From assembly GCF_031769215.1 (NCBI RefSeq), contig NW_026782006.1:972070-1036069 (forward strand): a stretch of DNA of 64,000 nucleotides, given 5' to 3'. Of this stretch, positions 12,125 through 25,099 are shown piece by piece. Numbering within the stretch: the first letter of the stretch is position 1; every line of letters starts with the position of its first letter. This DNA is from Ylistrum balloti (Eukaryota). A model generated the notes under the pieces. The model saw only the letters and a list, made by a program, of their open reading frames with translations, was not told the DNA's origin and did no database searches. A program made the translations under genes and the position numbers.

Positions 12125-12579
12125 GTAAACAGACAGAGTTGGACAATGATTTGGTACAATATATTTACCTGAGTTGTATTCAGACAGTATGATGACAACT
12201 GGCATGCATTAGTTCCTTTTTGTCTTTTTTGTTTTTTTTTATTATTGATATTTTGTTAAAATTAATCATAAGAGTGAAGACACAGGAAAACCTTACAATA
12301 TTAGATATTTCCAGGAATCATTTTGATTTTACAGTGGATGTTTTTTAATGTTTGATAGATGTTTAGTAAAATACAACAAAACACTGTCAGTAATTTTATA
12401 TGAGTTCCATAAAATAACCAACAATTATAAGGTTTGAATCGGAATGTTGTAGAGTGTTTGGTGGATCTGTTGTTGATGCTGGTTGAAATCTGCCCGAACT
12501 GCTGTACCTCCAGCCACATAGGCATATACCTTGGTGCTTACAGTGCAACTCTGTCACAAACAGGTATGTACTTATAATG

Positions 12580-13975
12580 AGGTTGTCCGTAAATATGATG
12601 ATGTAGTCAATACATATGATGATGATGTTGTCAATATAGATGATGATATTGTCAATATAGATGATGCTTTTGCTACAGGACCAAATCTGTTGATTGATTT
12701 GTGTGTCAATACTTATGACATGTGTCACTACTTTATTATATGTGTCAATACTTACAACTTGTGTCACTTCTTTATTATGTGGGTCAATACTTATGACATG
12801 TGTCACTACTTTATTGTATGTGTCAATATTTTTGACGTGTGTCACTACTTTATTATGTGTGTCACTACTTACGGCATGTGTCACTACTTTATTACATGTG
12901 TCAATAATTACAACATGTGTCACTACTTTATTGTATGTGTCACTACTTTATTATGTGTGTCACTACTTACGGCATGTGTCACTACCTTATTATGTGTGTC
13001 AATACTTATGGCATGTGTCACTACTTTATTGTATGTGTCAATAATTACAACATGTGTCATTACTTTATTACATGTGTCAATAATAACGACATGTGTCACT
13101 ACTTAATTACATGTGTCACTACTTTATAGCATGTGTCAAAAATAACGACATGTGTCACTACTTAATGAAATGTGTAAATACTTACAACTTGTGTCACTAC
13201 TTTATTACGTGGATCAATACTTACGACATGTATCACTACTTTATTGTATGTGTCAATACTTTATTACGTGTGTCACTACTTACGGCATGTGTCACTAGTT
13301 TATTATGTGTGTCAATAATTACAACATGTGTCACTACTTAAATGTATGTGTCACTACTTTATTATGTGTGTCACTACTTATGGCATGTGTCAATACTTAT
13401 GGCATGTGTCACTACTTTATTATATGTGTCAATAATTACAACATGTGTCATTACTTTATTACATGTGTCAATAATAACGACATGTGTCACTACTTAATTA
13501 CATGTGTCACTACTTTATAGCATGTGTCAAAAATAACGACATGTGTCACTACTTAATTACATGTGTCAATACATACAACTTGTGTCACTACTTTATTACG
13601 TGGGTCAATATTTACGACATGTATCACTACTTTATTGTATGTGTCAATACTTTATTACGTGTGTCACTACTTACGGCATGTGTCACTAGTTTATTACATG
13701 TGTCAATAATTACGACATGTGTCACTACTTAATTACATGTGTCACTACTTTATAGCATGTGTCAATAATTATGACATGTGTCACTACTCAATTACATGTG
13801 TCAATACTTACGACATGTGTCACTACTTAATTACATGTGTCACTACTTTATAGCATGTGTCAAAAATAACACTACTTTATAGCATGTGTCAATAATTATG
13901 ACATGTGTCACTACTCAATTACATGTGTCAATACTTACGACATGTGTCACTACTTTATCACGTGTCATTGTCTGT
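12580..13975. repeat. Complex satellite: an approximately 39-bp sub-unit (tgtgtcactactttatta[ct]atgtgtcaata…) arranged in a higher-order repeat of about 391 bp
   Basis: Identical ORF-track peptides recur at 12917/13305 and 13093/13484, giving a period of 388-391. Confidence 0.8.
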
Positions 13976-14066
13976 TTATATTTAATACTATGTTGATACA
14001 TGTGATGTGTGTCAATACAGATGATGTGTGTCAACAGTTATATAAATAAGTGTCTTTGGTTTTCAG

Positions 14067-14130
14067 ACCAGAAGTTGTTGAGACTTCTCCATCTGTATGA
14101 GAACTATGAGGTCTCTATGAAAGAGTACAA
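14067..14130 (+). CDS. Gene A short exon. Peptide DQKLLRLLHLYENYEVSMKEY
   Basis: Acceptor ggttttcag|AC. Donor GTACAA|gtaagt. Phase 1 in, phase 2 out. Confidence 0.6.
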
Positions 14131-15026
14131 GTAAGTATTGTACTGACATATATGTGTATATGAAGGAGTGTTAATACACATAAAAACCATGATACAGTCA
14201 CTTGTATACATTTGATCACCTCAGTGTGTGATATTGCACTGTTCAGGGCTATACATTCATGTTTACTGGCTATGTATAAAATGTCTGGTGGGGTAATACA
14301 GCCTTGCATTAATATGAATTAAGATGTAGTTATGATACTTTTTTCAGAAATACTTCAGAAAAATTCAAATACATCAATGTGTTTGTTAAGTGATGGTTTG
14401 ATTTTGAAAAGATGCGTAATGAAAACAAATATGTATTTAAATTTTTGGCTCATAACAAATCAGAACTCCATTTCATTGTTCATGTCCAAAGTTATAGGAA
14501 TGATCTATCCTTGGGGTCACCAGAATGTATTAAACCCCTTAGCAGGGCCTGGGGTTTTACCAATTTATGTGACCCTGGAATTGAAAAGCACTGCCCTATA
14601 ACCATAAAGTTTAGATGGATCCCATGTTTGTCTGTCCCTATGCATCCTGCCCTGTCCTGTTGAGTCCTGTCCCATTCAGAATCAATGACATATCTTGAGA
14701 ACCAGTCTGCAGATTTGGTCTATATTTACTCAGTAATATACCAACTTCAAGTTTTTCACCAATCATATTAAGATGGTCATTGGTAAAGGTTAAAAGGTGA
14801 AAGGTCACATTTGACTTCTGCAAAGTTATCAAACATTCATACTTGAATGCATCATAACAATCATGTCTTACAAACCAGGTTGTGTTTACAAAAAGTCTCA
14901 CTGCTTTTACAATTTAGAAAAAAAATCTTATCTGGTTTATGACTGCATTCAGAATATGAACAGAGATGGTGTAGTTTCTCTCTCTTTTTTTTTCACTGCT
15001 CACTGTCACCACAATAATTTCATTAG

Positions 15027-15189
15027 GCCTTACCTGTGGGGACCAAAGGCAACTGAGCAGCACACTATTAGGAAGTCCATGGGGTCATCGCTATGGAAAC
15101 AGCCATCCACAGATCAGGTGTTAGAGTACATTGACCGTGGCCGGCTAGAGAGGTCCATTTTAAAATTTCCATTGCTGAGGAAACTCCAG
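15027..15189 (+). CDS. Gene A exon. Peptide KPYLWGPKATEQHTIRKSMGSSLWKQPSTDQVLEYIDRGRLERSILKFPLLRKLQ
   Basis: Acceptor tttcattag|G. Donor CTCCAG|gtatga. Phase 2 in, phase 0 out. Confidence 0.7.
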
Positions 15190-15560
15190 GTATGAACTGA
15201 TTAATCCTTGTCTATAACTAAATTATAGTAGTGCTTTGGCATTCTGACTTTGATGATTCAATGTGACATCAAAGTAGAAACCAGCGACATGTCCATCTAA
15301 TGATTTTCTTGTAAATATATCTGTCTCATTTAAGAAAGACAAAATCTGAATTGCCATACATTTTTTTATGCTTGTTATTATGTTTCATAGTCTCAATCTA
15401 TAACAGTGTTGATGATAACACGTCCTTACCTGTGTATACATTCCATTTTTCTTGGTTAAAATATTGATTTCAGTCAGAGACTTTGTAAATTGTTGTTTTT
15501 GGTAATTTCTTACTTCTGTCTACTGTTTGTGAAGTTTTGTGTATTGTTTATGTTGACTAG

Positions 15561-15657
15561 CCGGGCTTGATACAGGATTTGTCTGTGTATGGAGTCACTG
15601 ATGACCTCTATGACCCCTGCTTTATTCTGCCATTGTTCAGTAATCTATTGTCTCCAG
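15561..15657 (+). CDS. Gene A exon. Peptide PGLIQDLSVYGVTDDLYDPCFILPLFSNLLSP
   Basis: Acceptor tgtttatgttgactag|CCG, with an in-frame TAG immediately upstream. Donor TCTCCAG|gtaagg. Phase 0 in, phase 1 out. Confidence 0.6.
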
Positions 15658-15786
15658 GTAAGGTCACAGTTATTTCATATCATTTCACAGTGATGTTTCC
15701 TTTAAAAAGATATCTGTTGTGCTTCATATGAAGTCAATTGAGACGGTAGAATAAATGATAAAGTGCCTTTATTTTGTTCATCATAG

Positions 15787-16059
15787 AATCCTTTGTGGAC
15801 TGCCGGAAGTTTGCAGAGACTTTATGTCTAGGATACACCATTGCTGCTTTGAGTTGCCATGACAATGGTGTCAGAGGTGTTGCCTACCATGTACTAGCAC
15901 GATACCTTCACCATCTGGAGGGTGCACGTTTCCCAGAACAACAGCAAGTGTTGTATCTGGTTAGCCTACTGAGAGACAGTGTGACACGCCCAAACACCAA
16001 ACTAGCCTGTATCATAACAGTGTTTCTGGCAAGGATGGTGCCACTCATGTTCCTGCATG
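15787..16059 (+). CDS. Gene A exon. Peptide ESFVDCRKFAETLCLGYTIAALSCHDNGVRGVAYHVLARYLHHLEGARFPEQQQVLYLVSLLRDSVTRPNTKLACIITVFLARMVPLMFLH
   Basis: Acceptor ttcatcatag|AA. Donor CATG|gtaggt. Phase 1 in, phase 1 out. Confidence 0.75.
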
Positions 16060-16316
16060 GTAGGTCAAAGTTCAGAAGTTTCTAAATGGCCTTTTTAAAT
16101 GTTCTCTACTTTATGAACTAAAGAGTTAGAAATAAAAGCTGGGAGTTAAAAGATCATGTGATTGATGACAGTCGAAGGGCAAATTTGACAGGTCAAGTTT
16201 TTTCAACTTCAAAGTTTATATTCTAAATCTTGAATTTATGCAAGGTGAGATGTTTACAGGTGAGCAGTTCTATATGAAAGGAGTTGAGAAATGATGATTT
16301 CCAATGTTTACTACAG

Positions 16317-16423
16317 ACGACCACATGTACAAGGTGATGAACTACTTCCTGCTCTTGAAACCTGCCATGGACATCACCACAGTGCCAGAGTTCTATAAAC
16401 TGTTCAACAGCTCAGCCTTTGAG
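16317..16423 (+). CDS. Gene A exon. Peptide DDHMYKVMNYFLLLKPAMDITTVPEFYKLFNSSAFE
   Basis: Acceptor tttactacag|AC. Donor TTTGAG|gtaaaa. Phase 1 in, phase 0 out. Confidence 0.7.
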
Positions 16424-16680
16424 GTAAAAGAACATTGCCAGTGATTTACGAAGAACAGATGTAAATAATGATAAAAAATTATGTCATTATCAGATCATTT
16501 CTGAACATTGAATTCAGTCATTTTTTAAAGGACTTTCATTTCTATATTTTGTCAATACCACCAGGGCTTAACCTGGGATCTCTGTATTGGAGTAAATTAG
16601 AATTCCTTTCCTATGTACAACATAACACAATATGGCAGAATAGCTGTGAAGTAAATAAATTTGTATTTTTGTTTTCACAG

Positions 16681-16824
16681 TTTAATGTAGAAAGATCTTG
16701 GATTTTGGATTTATGTAGAGATGGTTTGAGGGAGACTCTGGACTACAAGCTGTTTGAGTCTCGCTATGTCTTCAAGCTTCTGTTAAGTTTTCATGACTCT
16801 GGTATCAGCGATGCCTCGACTCAG
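16681..16824 (+). CDS. Gene A exon. Peptide FNVERSWILDLCRDGLRETLDYKLFESRYVFKLLLSFHDSGISDASTQ
   Basis: Acceptor gttttcacag|TTT. Donor ACTCAG|gtaagg. Phase 0 in and out. Confidence 0.7.
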
Positions 16825-16937
16825 GTAAGGTCTTCTCAACACCTTTACTTTCTAAAAACCTACTCTTAATTAATCTTGTCATATGCAGTAACATAAGGAG
16901 ATCAACTATGGTAATTTGAAACATTTTTATTGAGCAG

Positions 16938-17044
16938 TTACAAGTATTGGACATTCTGAAGTCAGCCTCTCTCCAAAGGACGGTGACCTTTTACCTTGTG
17001 AAGCAGCACGGAATGTTGAGTTGGCTGTCTGGCATGATTAGCAG
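16938..17044 (+). CDS. Gene A exon. Peptide LQVLDILKSASLQRTVTFYLVKQHGMLSWLSGMIS
   Basis: Acceptor ttattgagcag|TTA. Donor TAGCAG|gtatcc. Phase 0 in, phase 2 out. Confidence 0.7.
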
Positions 17045-17269
17045 GTATCCTATTTACTTTAATATAAACATCACCCTTATAACTCCAAATGAATCAAAAA
17101 AAATAATTCTTAAAGATATGAAATATGGAATTCTTTCAAAAAATGAGAATTAAATGTTGATGAAATACCTATATCTCATTCAGTCCTTTAGAATCTGGAT
17201 GGTTTTTTTTTCTTTCCTTTTTTTCTGCCGAAATAGGGATTATCATCTAAACTAAAATACGAAACACAC

Positions 17270-17465
17270 TTCACCCAACCTCACACACTCCACCCATTTT
17301 CATACACTCCACCTATCCTCTACCCATCCTCACACACTCAGCCCATCCTCACACACTCTGCCCATCCTCATACACTCTGCCCATCCTCACACACTCCGCC
17401 CATCCTCGCACACTCCGCCCATCCTCACACACTCCATCCATCCTCATACACTCCATCCATCCTCA
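17270..17465. repeat. 19-bp minisatellite of about 10 copies (gcccatcctcacacactcc)
   Basis: Direct repeats in an intron. Confidence 0.85.
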
Positions 17466-17544
17466 CAATTCTTTAATAATTCACACTTAACAGGCCTTGT
17501 ATACTTCTGCACTAGGATTATTCAGCATTTTATTACTTTCACAG

Positions 17545-17736
17545 AAATATTGGTGGTAGCAAACTGGTCATGGTGTGTGATATACTCTATGGCTTGTGGT
17601 TTTCTATGGTACGCCACCGATCTATCAGGGGAAACAACTATGAAATTAACAAGGAAGGACAAGTCACCAAATGTTTGCCACTGGCCATATCCAGGGAGGT
17701 GTTGACATGTCTCCTGTCCCTAGTGAAGTGCTTTGG
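17545..17736 (+). CDS. Gene A exon. Peptide RNIGGSKLVMVCDILYGLWFSMVRHRSIRGNNYEINKEGQVTKCLPLAISREVLTCLLSLVKCF
   Basis: Acceptor tactttcacag|A. Donor TTTGG|gtaagt. Phase 2 in, phase 2 out. Confidence 0.7.
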
Positions 17737-18238
17737 GTAAGTGTAGATATATAATGTAAGTAATTATAAAAGAAAAACAAAAATGTTAGTGTATTCTTGC
17801 CTTATACTGTTTTGCAGTTAATTCAGAGTATAAGAAATTGTTCTATTATGGCTCTAAAACATAAAAAAATGTCAGAAAAAAAAGACTTACAAATTCCCCT
17901 GTTAGAAAGTCTCTTTTATTGTATTGAATCATGACCAATTTTATAAGAGATTTCATAAACATAAACTTTATTTATTTTACAATAATTACAAATCAAGTTA
18001 TTTCAAATTATACTTATCACTCTTGTTGGCCTGGATGTAAGCACATGATAGGTCATATTGTGGGAGGAAGCTGGATTACCCTGGGAAAACCCACATGGTC
18101 GGACAGGTGACCCTTTACCTTTCCATGTCCATTCCGGGAATGGAACCCCCGGATGGCAAGGTGAAAGGCAAGTGCATTACCACTGTGCCACCAAACCACA
18201 GATTTCATAGTCTGACATAAAACATTGACTTTTTCTAG

Positions 18239-19029
18239 GGAAGAAACAGACGATGAAGTATACCAAAAATGCTTGGAGACCCTTGTGTCAGTGCTGAATC
18301 ACCTGAAGGAAACAGTGGTGCACCTACAAGACAAGGGACATGTTAGAGTTACACCTCTCACTACACACGATGTCTGTCACATCCTAGTCAACTCGGCAAG
18401 AGTCATCAACAACAAAGACATTGAAACAACCTGTACACATGCCTTTAAACTCTTGAATGTAAAGAACAGAAGCATGGGGACAGCAAGACAAGATGGGAAA
18501 CACAAAAAGGATGCAAAAGTCATTATTGAAAAAGAAGTGACATCAGAAAAGACTGACAGACAATTAGAAGAAAGTGAAACAGATAAAAAGATTAGTTTGT
18601 TAAGTGTAGACTTGTTGTTACACTGGAATCCAGATCTTCTTGATGATCCAGGTAGTGATGTTGTTCAGGTCACATGTACTGTTGCCATGGCAGTGATTTC
18701 CTTCTTTATAACTAGTCTTCCATATATGAGTTATGAGACAATGGATAGCATTGTGACTTGGATACACCTACATTTTTACAAAGGATCTCTGGTCAAACAT
18801 TTAAGGGAAACAGATCAGAAGGAATTGGTGAGATGTCTCCTACAGATTTATAATGCACTGTACAACATCACTGGTGACAAGATTTATATAGACTCTGATT
18901 CTTGTGTTAGACCTGATTTGAATCATACTTTGATAAATTTGAATGAGGTGATGTTCAACATTGCTGGTCATGAGAAGGGAGAGATGTTGGCAGTATGGAG
19001 AGAATTCTTCTGCAAATGGAACTCAACAG
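18239..19029 (+). CDS. Gene A long exon (791 nt). GEETDDEVYQKCLETLVSVLNHLKETVVHLQDKGHVRV...EMLAVWREFFCKWNST
   Basis: Acceptor ctttttctag|G. Donor CAACAG|gtacag at 19030. Phase 2 in, phase 1 out, which matches the terminal exon. The ORF-track read-through to 19178 is intronic. Confidence 0.75.
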
Positions 19030-19309
19030 GTACAGTCATGTTGGCTAATTATTCTTATTATTGGTTCCATGTACAATCCTCCTCTGGTCTCACAGCCATG
19101 AATTTTATCCATTTTCCTCTTCAGTCATATGAAGTATGTTTCTTTAAGCATTATTCATGTTTGTATGTCCCAGTATAATTGTTCTATTTTTAATTTTGTT
19201 CTGTGATTCCAGGTACATTGTTTAAGCCTAGGCTTTTTAATGTTATCAACAGTAAATGTCTGTCTGAAGTTTGAACTGAAGAATTGTTCCATTGGTTTCC
19301 TTTCTGTAG

Positions 19310-19452
19310 ACATGTCTTCAGAAGATTCCTCTGTTGCGGGAAGGAGATATTTCCTGGGATGGCCCTCGCCCTTGGACAACCTTAACGACCAGAAGAAGGC
19401 CTTCGATAGCTCAAAGAAAAAACTAAAGAAGAAGAAAGCATCCAAGCTCTAA
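19310..19452 (+). CDS. Gene A terminal coding exon. DMSSEDSSVAGRRYFLGWPSPLDNLNDQKKAFDSSKKKLKKKKASKL, then stop TAA at 19450-19452
   Basis: Acceptor tttctgtag|AC. Phase 1 in. Lysine-rich basic C-terminus. In-frame TAA. Confidence 0.75.
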
Positions 19453-19764
19453 CATTATGTATCTGTAAAGGTTGTGATGTTTTACTAGACCTAGGTGAAG
19501 TGATGGAATTGACGGTATCAGCAAACTCTGAGAAAAATGGTAATATTGACTAGTTATCCAGCCTGTTGATCATCACAAATGTGGAAACTGGTATTTTATC
19601 TCAGTAATCAGCGTCTGTTTGTTAAACGATTCACTCTACATCTGACATGGAGGATTGATTAACTGAACCTGCTGTAAAGGTTTTTTTCAAGGGTTTCAGT
19701 ATTAATTATTACAAATACAGAAAAATAGATATGTTGAAAATGAAATCAATAGTAAGAGGAAAGA

Positions 19765-20075
19765 AGTTTTCTTGATAGGATGTATTAAGGTGTCACACTG
19801 TCTGATAGGACGTAATAAGGTGTCACACTGTCTGATAGGACGTATTAAGGTGTCACACTGTCTGATAGGACGTATTAAGGTGTCACACTGCCTGATAGGA
19901 CGTATTAAGGTGTCACATTGTCTGATAGGACGTATTAAGGTGTCACACTGTCTGATAGGACGTATTAAGGTGTCACACTGTCTGATAGGACGTATTAAGG
20001 TGTCACACTGTCTGATAGGACGTATTAAGGTGTCACACTGTCTGATAGGACGTATTAAGGTGTCACACTGTCTGT
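19765..20075. repeat. 30-bp minisatellite of about 10 copies (tctgataggacgtattaaggtgtcacactg), 3' of the gene A stop
   Basis: Perfect direct repeats. Confidence 0.9.
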
Positions 20076-23000
20076 CTTTCATAAACTTTTCTCTGTCCAG
20101 AGATCTCTTCCCATAGTTTTCAACTGATCTCTTTCAAACTTGGTAGACTCAATCATCTTGACATGAAACTGAGTTTCCCCAAACAGCAGTATGATTGGAT
20201 TGTATTTTCAGGAGTTACTGCCCATTGTTATTTTCCTGATAATAATTTTGTCCAGAGGTCTCCTGTCTTAGTTCTCAATCAATTTCTATCAAGCTTGATA
20301 GGCTTAATCCCCATGGCATGAAGCTGTGTTTTCCTGACTGGCAGTTTGATTTAATGGTAATTCCTTCATTCTTCATGGTCTAAATAATGTCAGGAGATCT
20401 CTCTAGTTTTCATTTTATCTTTTTTAAACTTTGAAGGATTTACAACCATGTCATTAAATTGTGAATATTTCTTTGTCATGGGACAGGCATATATTGTAAC
20501 CCCGCAAGGTTCTTTTGTTGTTTAAAAGAATGGTTATGCTGTGTAGTATTCTGAGTCAGGGAGAAGTAACCTTTATACATTGTAGTTTTCTTATGGGAGA
20601 GGATTTTATTTGTCAGGGAGAAAATGTAACCAATCCATGTTGCCATGTGCCCTCTGAAGCCTTCCTGGACCTACCACTGGGGATGAAACAATTTTCACTA
20701 GATCATTCAAAAATCCCCATTGTTTAGAAAAAGGATTCCTTAAGTTAAGTAAAACAGATAATACAAAATATGTAATAGGCAGAGCTTCAGAGGACATGAT
20801 AGTGCCTTGATATACTTCTTATTGTAGCACGATTCTAGATAATGAATGAGTTTAATATAATTGATATTATATTTACACTTTTTACATAAGGTTCATTACA
20901 ATATATATTACATTATTATATTTTGATATTGTAAAGGGAGGTTACCTTTGTAAATATTTACTTTTGGCCGAGCACATCAGTAAGTTATTGTTGTGCCAAA
21001 TGTCCCCCTGTAATGTATGGTGATAGAATAAGAACATCTCTTGTACATATTACATATATAATGACCTACATTATATATTGTGTAAATGTGAATAAAGAGT
21101 CACAAATCTCCTCTTTCTTTGTGTGTTAATATAGAATCAGTTAATACTAATAAAATACTGGAGGTCACGAGAGTAAGTCTGCCATTGAGCTATTAAAAGG
21201 TTTGAAACATCAAAATCCAGGTTTGCAGTTTGACCTTGAACAAAAACCAGTGAAGTCAAATTTGAATTTGTTTAGTGTCAACAAATTGAAAAATAACAAA
21301 AACAAGGAAAAACTATATCACAATGCCCAGTAGGTTATTTTAATGTCAGATTCTAACATTTGCTGGTTTGATTGGTGTATATAATCTTCGATTATTTGCC
21401 ACATTGAAGACAGGCTCTTTGTAAAACTCCTTAGTGTAGCTGCTTTTTCTTGCCTTTGCTACTGGTTTTCTTTGGAGGTGGAGTATCATCATGTGTTACA
21501 TTAAGGGTACGGTTGTCTCCCTTAGCGGAGTTCTTTCCGTTTCTGAGATTATGTTTGCTTGGAGTTTGGGCTGTGATTGCAATTAAACAAAAATACACAT
21601 TTAAAAATAATGTAATCATACATCTGCCTGTTGTAAAAGAGGAGAATTTATTCAGAATGACTGAAAAACGTCTTGCTTTGGTTTCAATGGGTTACAAATG
21701 GAGAGTGTGTAGTCGTTTACATATATATATATTCCAAAACGTCTATCCAGACAGTTAAGGATTCCATCGTTATCACATTTACATACGTCAGCATGAATGG
21801 TTCACAGAGATCAGAATAAGCTTTCAGATAATGTAATACAGTAAAGAACACAATTCCTTCTAAATTATCCATTAAAAGTAGAAAAAGAACATCACTGATA
21901 CAATCACAATCTTGTTTGAAACCATTTAAACAAAAAAATTCTGAATGTAGTCGTAGCCGACAAGAAATAAAGCACATGACCCTCAATACCAGTGATGTTA
22001 ATTACTTCATAGTTACCAACATGTTAATACCATAAAACATGTTTGGAATGCGATGAACGGTCTATAGATATACCAAATATCCTTTGTTTTCGAAGTATAT
22101 TAGTAATGATTCTATTGAAGGTAGTCTTTCAGTTAAGCTCAGATTTAGAACTGGTCATATTGCTGGATGTCAAAAACGTGGTCATTTTGTTTAGGTCAGG
22201 TGTAGTATCTATAGATTGATGGGACGCTTTCTTACTTCATTTATATTGGTCTGTTAAGTTAAGCACTTTTGTAATGGGACAGCGACAGCCATCATAATTT
22301 ACCAGAGTTCTTTATACCTGCTTTCATTTGTTTGATATCTGAAACTTTCACCTGGACAACCAGAAATGGAAGAACAGATATTTATAGTGTTTTAGGACAC
22401 TAGCCGATTTCCTGACCTCGGTATAATTTCATATACGTACATGTGGGAGAATCACTTTTAACACACAGCTTACTGCCCCGGCCTCCCTTGTTATCCTTCT
22501 CTTGAGCGATAATCTGTTTGGCTTTTTTGTCGCGCTGTCTCAGCTTTCCTAAATAGTATAAAATATATGCATCTTAAATTAGGACACAAATACAAGGTAC
22601 CAAGGCATCATATAATTTGGTTGAAAACTGCAAAATGATATTAAAGTGTGCTTAAGTCCAAAAATCATAATTTGATACAATTGGTTCCCTTAATTATTCA
22701 AGTCACGGAAGGAAATTCATTTCAACAGATGTTTTATCCAATACCCTTACATGCTTCTGGCCAATATCTCAACAAGCCAAACGTCACGAACAAATGAGTT
22801 CTTTCGAGACTGGATCAAACTAAAAACTTTAAAGATCGGTCAGTATCATTCTTTTGAACATAAGAAGCTCTTCAAGTCAGCAAATTTACCAGAAGTGACA
22901 CTACATACATGAACAACATGCATGTTAGATAAATATATATTTGTATACCACAACATTGTGCCGTTTTCTCCCCATATATACACTTCGTCATAAGTTGAAG

Positions 23001-23194
23001 ACCATGAATTTCAGTATCAAAACGGATTTTTACAAACATATAAACCTTGTCGTACTCCTTGCAGTGTCCTTTGTGTTTGGTGCCATATGTTACATACGAT
23101 AATCCAACATGAGGACAACCAGGGTTAAACAGAGATATCCCGTACTCTTACTCAGGCACCATTTTCTCTTGTTTTAAATCATAACCATGCTCAT

Positions 23195-24700
23195 ACTGTA
23201 TTTAAAGATGGCACTTCTAAAAACTGACAATAGCTGAAAGATGACACTTCTAAAAACTGACAACAGCTGAAAGATGACAGTCTAAACCTGACAATAGCTG
23301 AAAGATGGCACTTCTAAAAACTGACAATAGCTGAAAGATGACACTTCTAAAAACTGACAACAGCTGAAAGATGACAGTCTAAACCTGACAATAGCTGAAA
23401 GATGGCACTTCTAAAAACTGACAGCAGCTGAAAGATGACACTTCTAAAAACTGACAACAGCTGAAAGATGACAGTCTAAACCTGACAATAGCTGAAAGAT
23501 GGCACTTCTAAAAACTGACAACAGCTGAAAGATGACACGTCTAAACCTGACAATAGCTGAAAGATGACAGTCTTAACCTGACAATAGCTGAAAGACGACA
23601 CGTCTAAACCTGACAATAGCTGAAAGACGACACGTCTAAACCTGACAATAGCTGAAAGATGACAGTCTTAACCTGACAATAGCTGAAAGATGACAGTCTA
23701 AATCTGACAATAGCTGAAAGATGACAGTCTAAATCTGACAATAGCTGAAAGATGACAGTCTTAACCTGACAATAGCTGAAAGATGACAGTCTAAATCTGA
23801 CAACAGCTGAAAGATGACAGTCTAAATCTGACAATAGCTGAAAGATGACACGTCTAAACCTGACAATAGCTGAAAGATGACAGTCTAAACCTGACAATAG
23901 CTGAAAGACGACACGTCTAAACCTGACAATAGCTGAAAGATGACAGTCTAAATCTGACAACAGCTGAAAGATGACAGTCTAAATCTGACAATAGCTGAAA
24001 GATGACAGTCTTAACCTGACAATAGCTGAAAGATGACAGTCTAAATCTGACAATAGCTGAAAGACGACACTTCTAAACCTGACAATAGCTGAAAGATGAC
24101 AGTCTTAACCTGACAATAGCTGAAAGATGACAGTCTAAATCTGACAATAGCTGAAAGATGACAGTCTAAATCTGACAATAGCTGAAAGATGACAGTCTAA
24201 ATCTGACAATAGCTGAAAGATGACAGTCTTAACCTGACAATAGCTGAAAGATGACACGTCTAAACCTGACAATAGCTGAAAGACGACACGTCTAAACCTG
24301 ACAATAGCTGAAAGACGACACGTCTAAATCTGACAATAGCTGAAAGACGACACGTCTAAATCTGACAATAGCTGAAAGATGACAGTCTAAATCTGACAAT
24401 AGCTGAAAGATGACAGTCTAAATCTGACAATAGCTGAAAGACGACACGTCTAAACCTGACAATAGCTGAAAGATGACAGTCTAAATCTGACAATAGCTGA
24501 AAGATGACAGTCTTAACCTGACAATAGCTGAAAGATGACAGTCTAAACCTGACAATAGCTGAAAGATGACAGTCTTAACCTGACAATAGCTGAAAGATGA
24601 CAGTCTAAATCTGACAATAGCTGAAAGATGACAGTCTAAATCTTACAATAGCTGAAAGACGACACGTCTAAATCTGACAATAGCTGAAAGATGACAAGCT
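23195..24700. repeat. 39-40 bp minisatellite of about 38 copies (ctgacaatagctgaaagatgacagtctaaat, plus variants)
   Basis: Direct repeats with gacacgtc/gacagtct and aacc/aatc variants. Confidence 0.9.
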
Positions 24701-25099
24701 TCTGGAATGGTTCAAGGATGTATAACGTACGGGCAGGTAGCTGTAAATTTTAATGCCCATTTGGTATTTCTTGATATGAACAAAATCAGGCATGTTGACA
24801 GGTCTGACAGACCTTGAAAGACTAAAGATAGAGAAATAGACTTCTCTGTGTAGACAGACAAGGTGAACCAAAGTTACTACTGCTAACAGACTTAGATAGT
24901 GGAACGTCAATGCGTTAACAACAGGCGACCAGTCCTCTGCTGACAGTCACAAGAAAGCAAAACAAGACTGCAATGGACACGTGATCACCGGACATGGAGT
25001 ATAAGGTCTTAGCGAAAAGTTCACTGATTAGATGGAAACCACTTTTTACTTAGTCTGACAGACGTGTTTGGAGACTAAGAAATAAGGCACACCATCACA

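Noticed and set aside
12396-13732. Long Cys-rich ORFs on both strands (175, 191, 116 aa and others)
   Set aside because: They are exactly periodic with the 39/391-bp satellite. They lack splice or start context and are reading-frame artefacts.
19030-19178. Continuation of ORF 18225-19178 beyond 19029
   Set aside because: The donor CAACAG|gtacag at 19030 and the phase-1 match to the terminal exon at 19310 show this open stretch is intron read-through.
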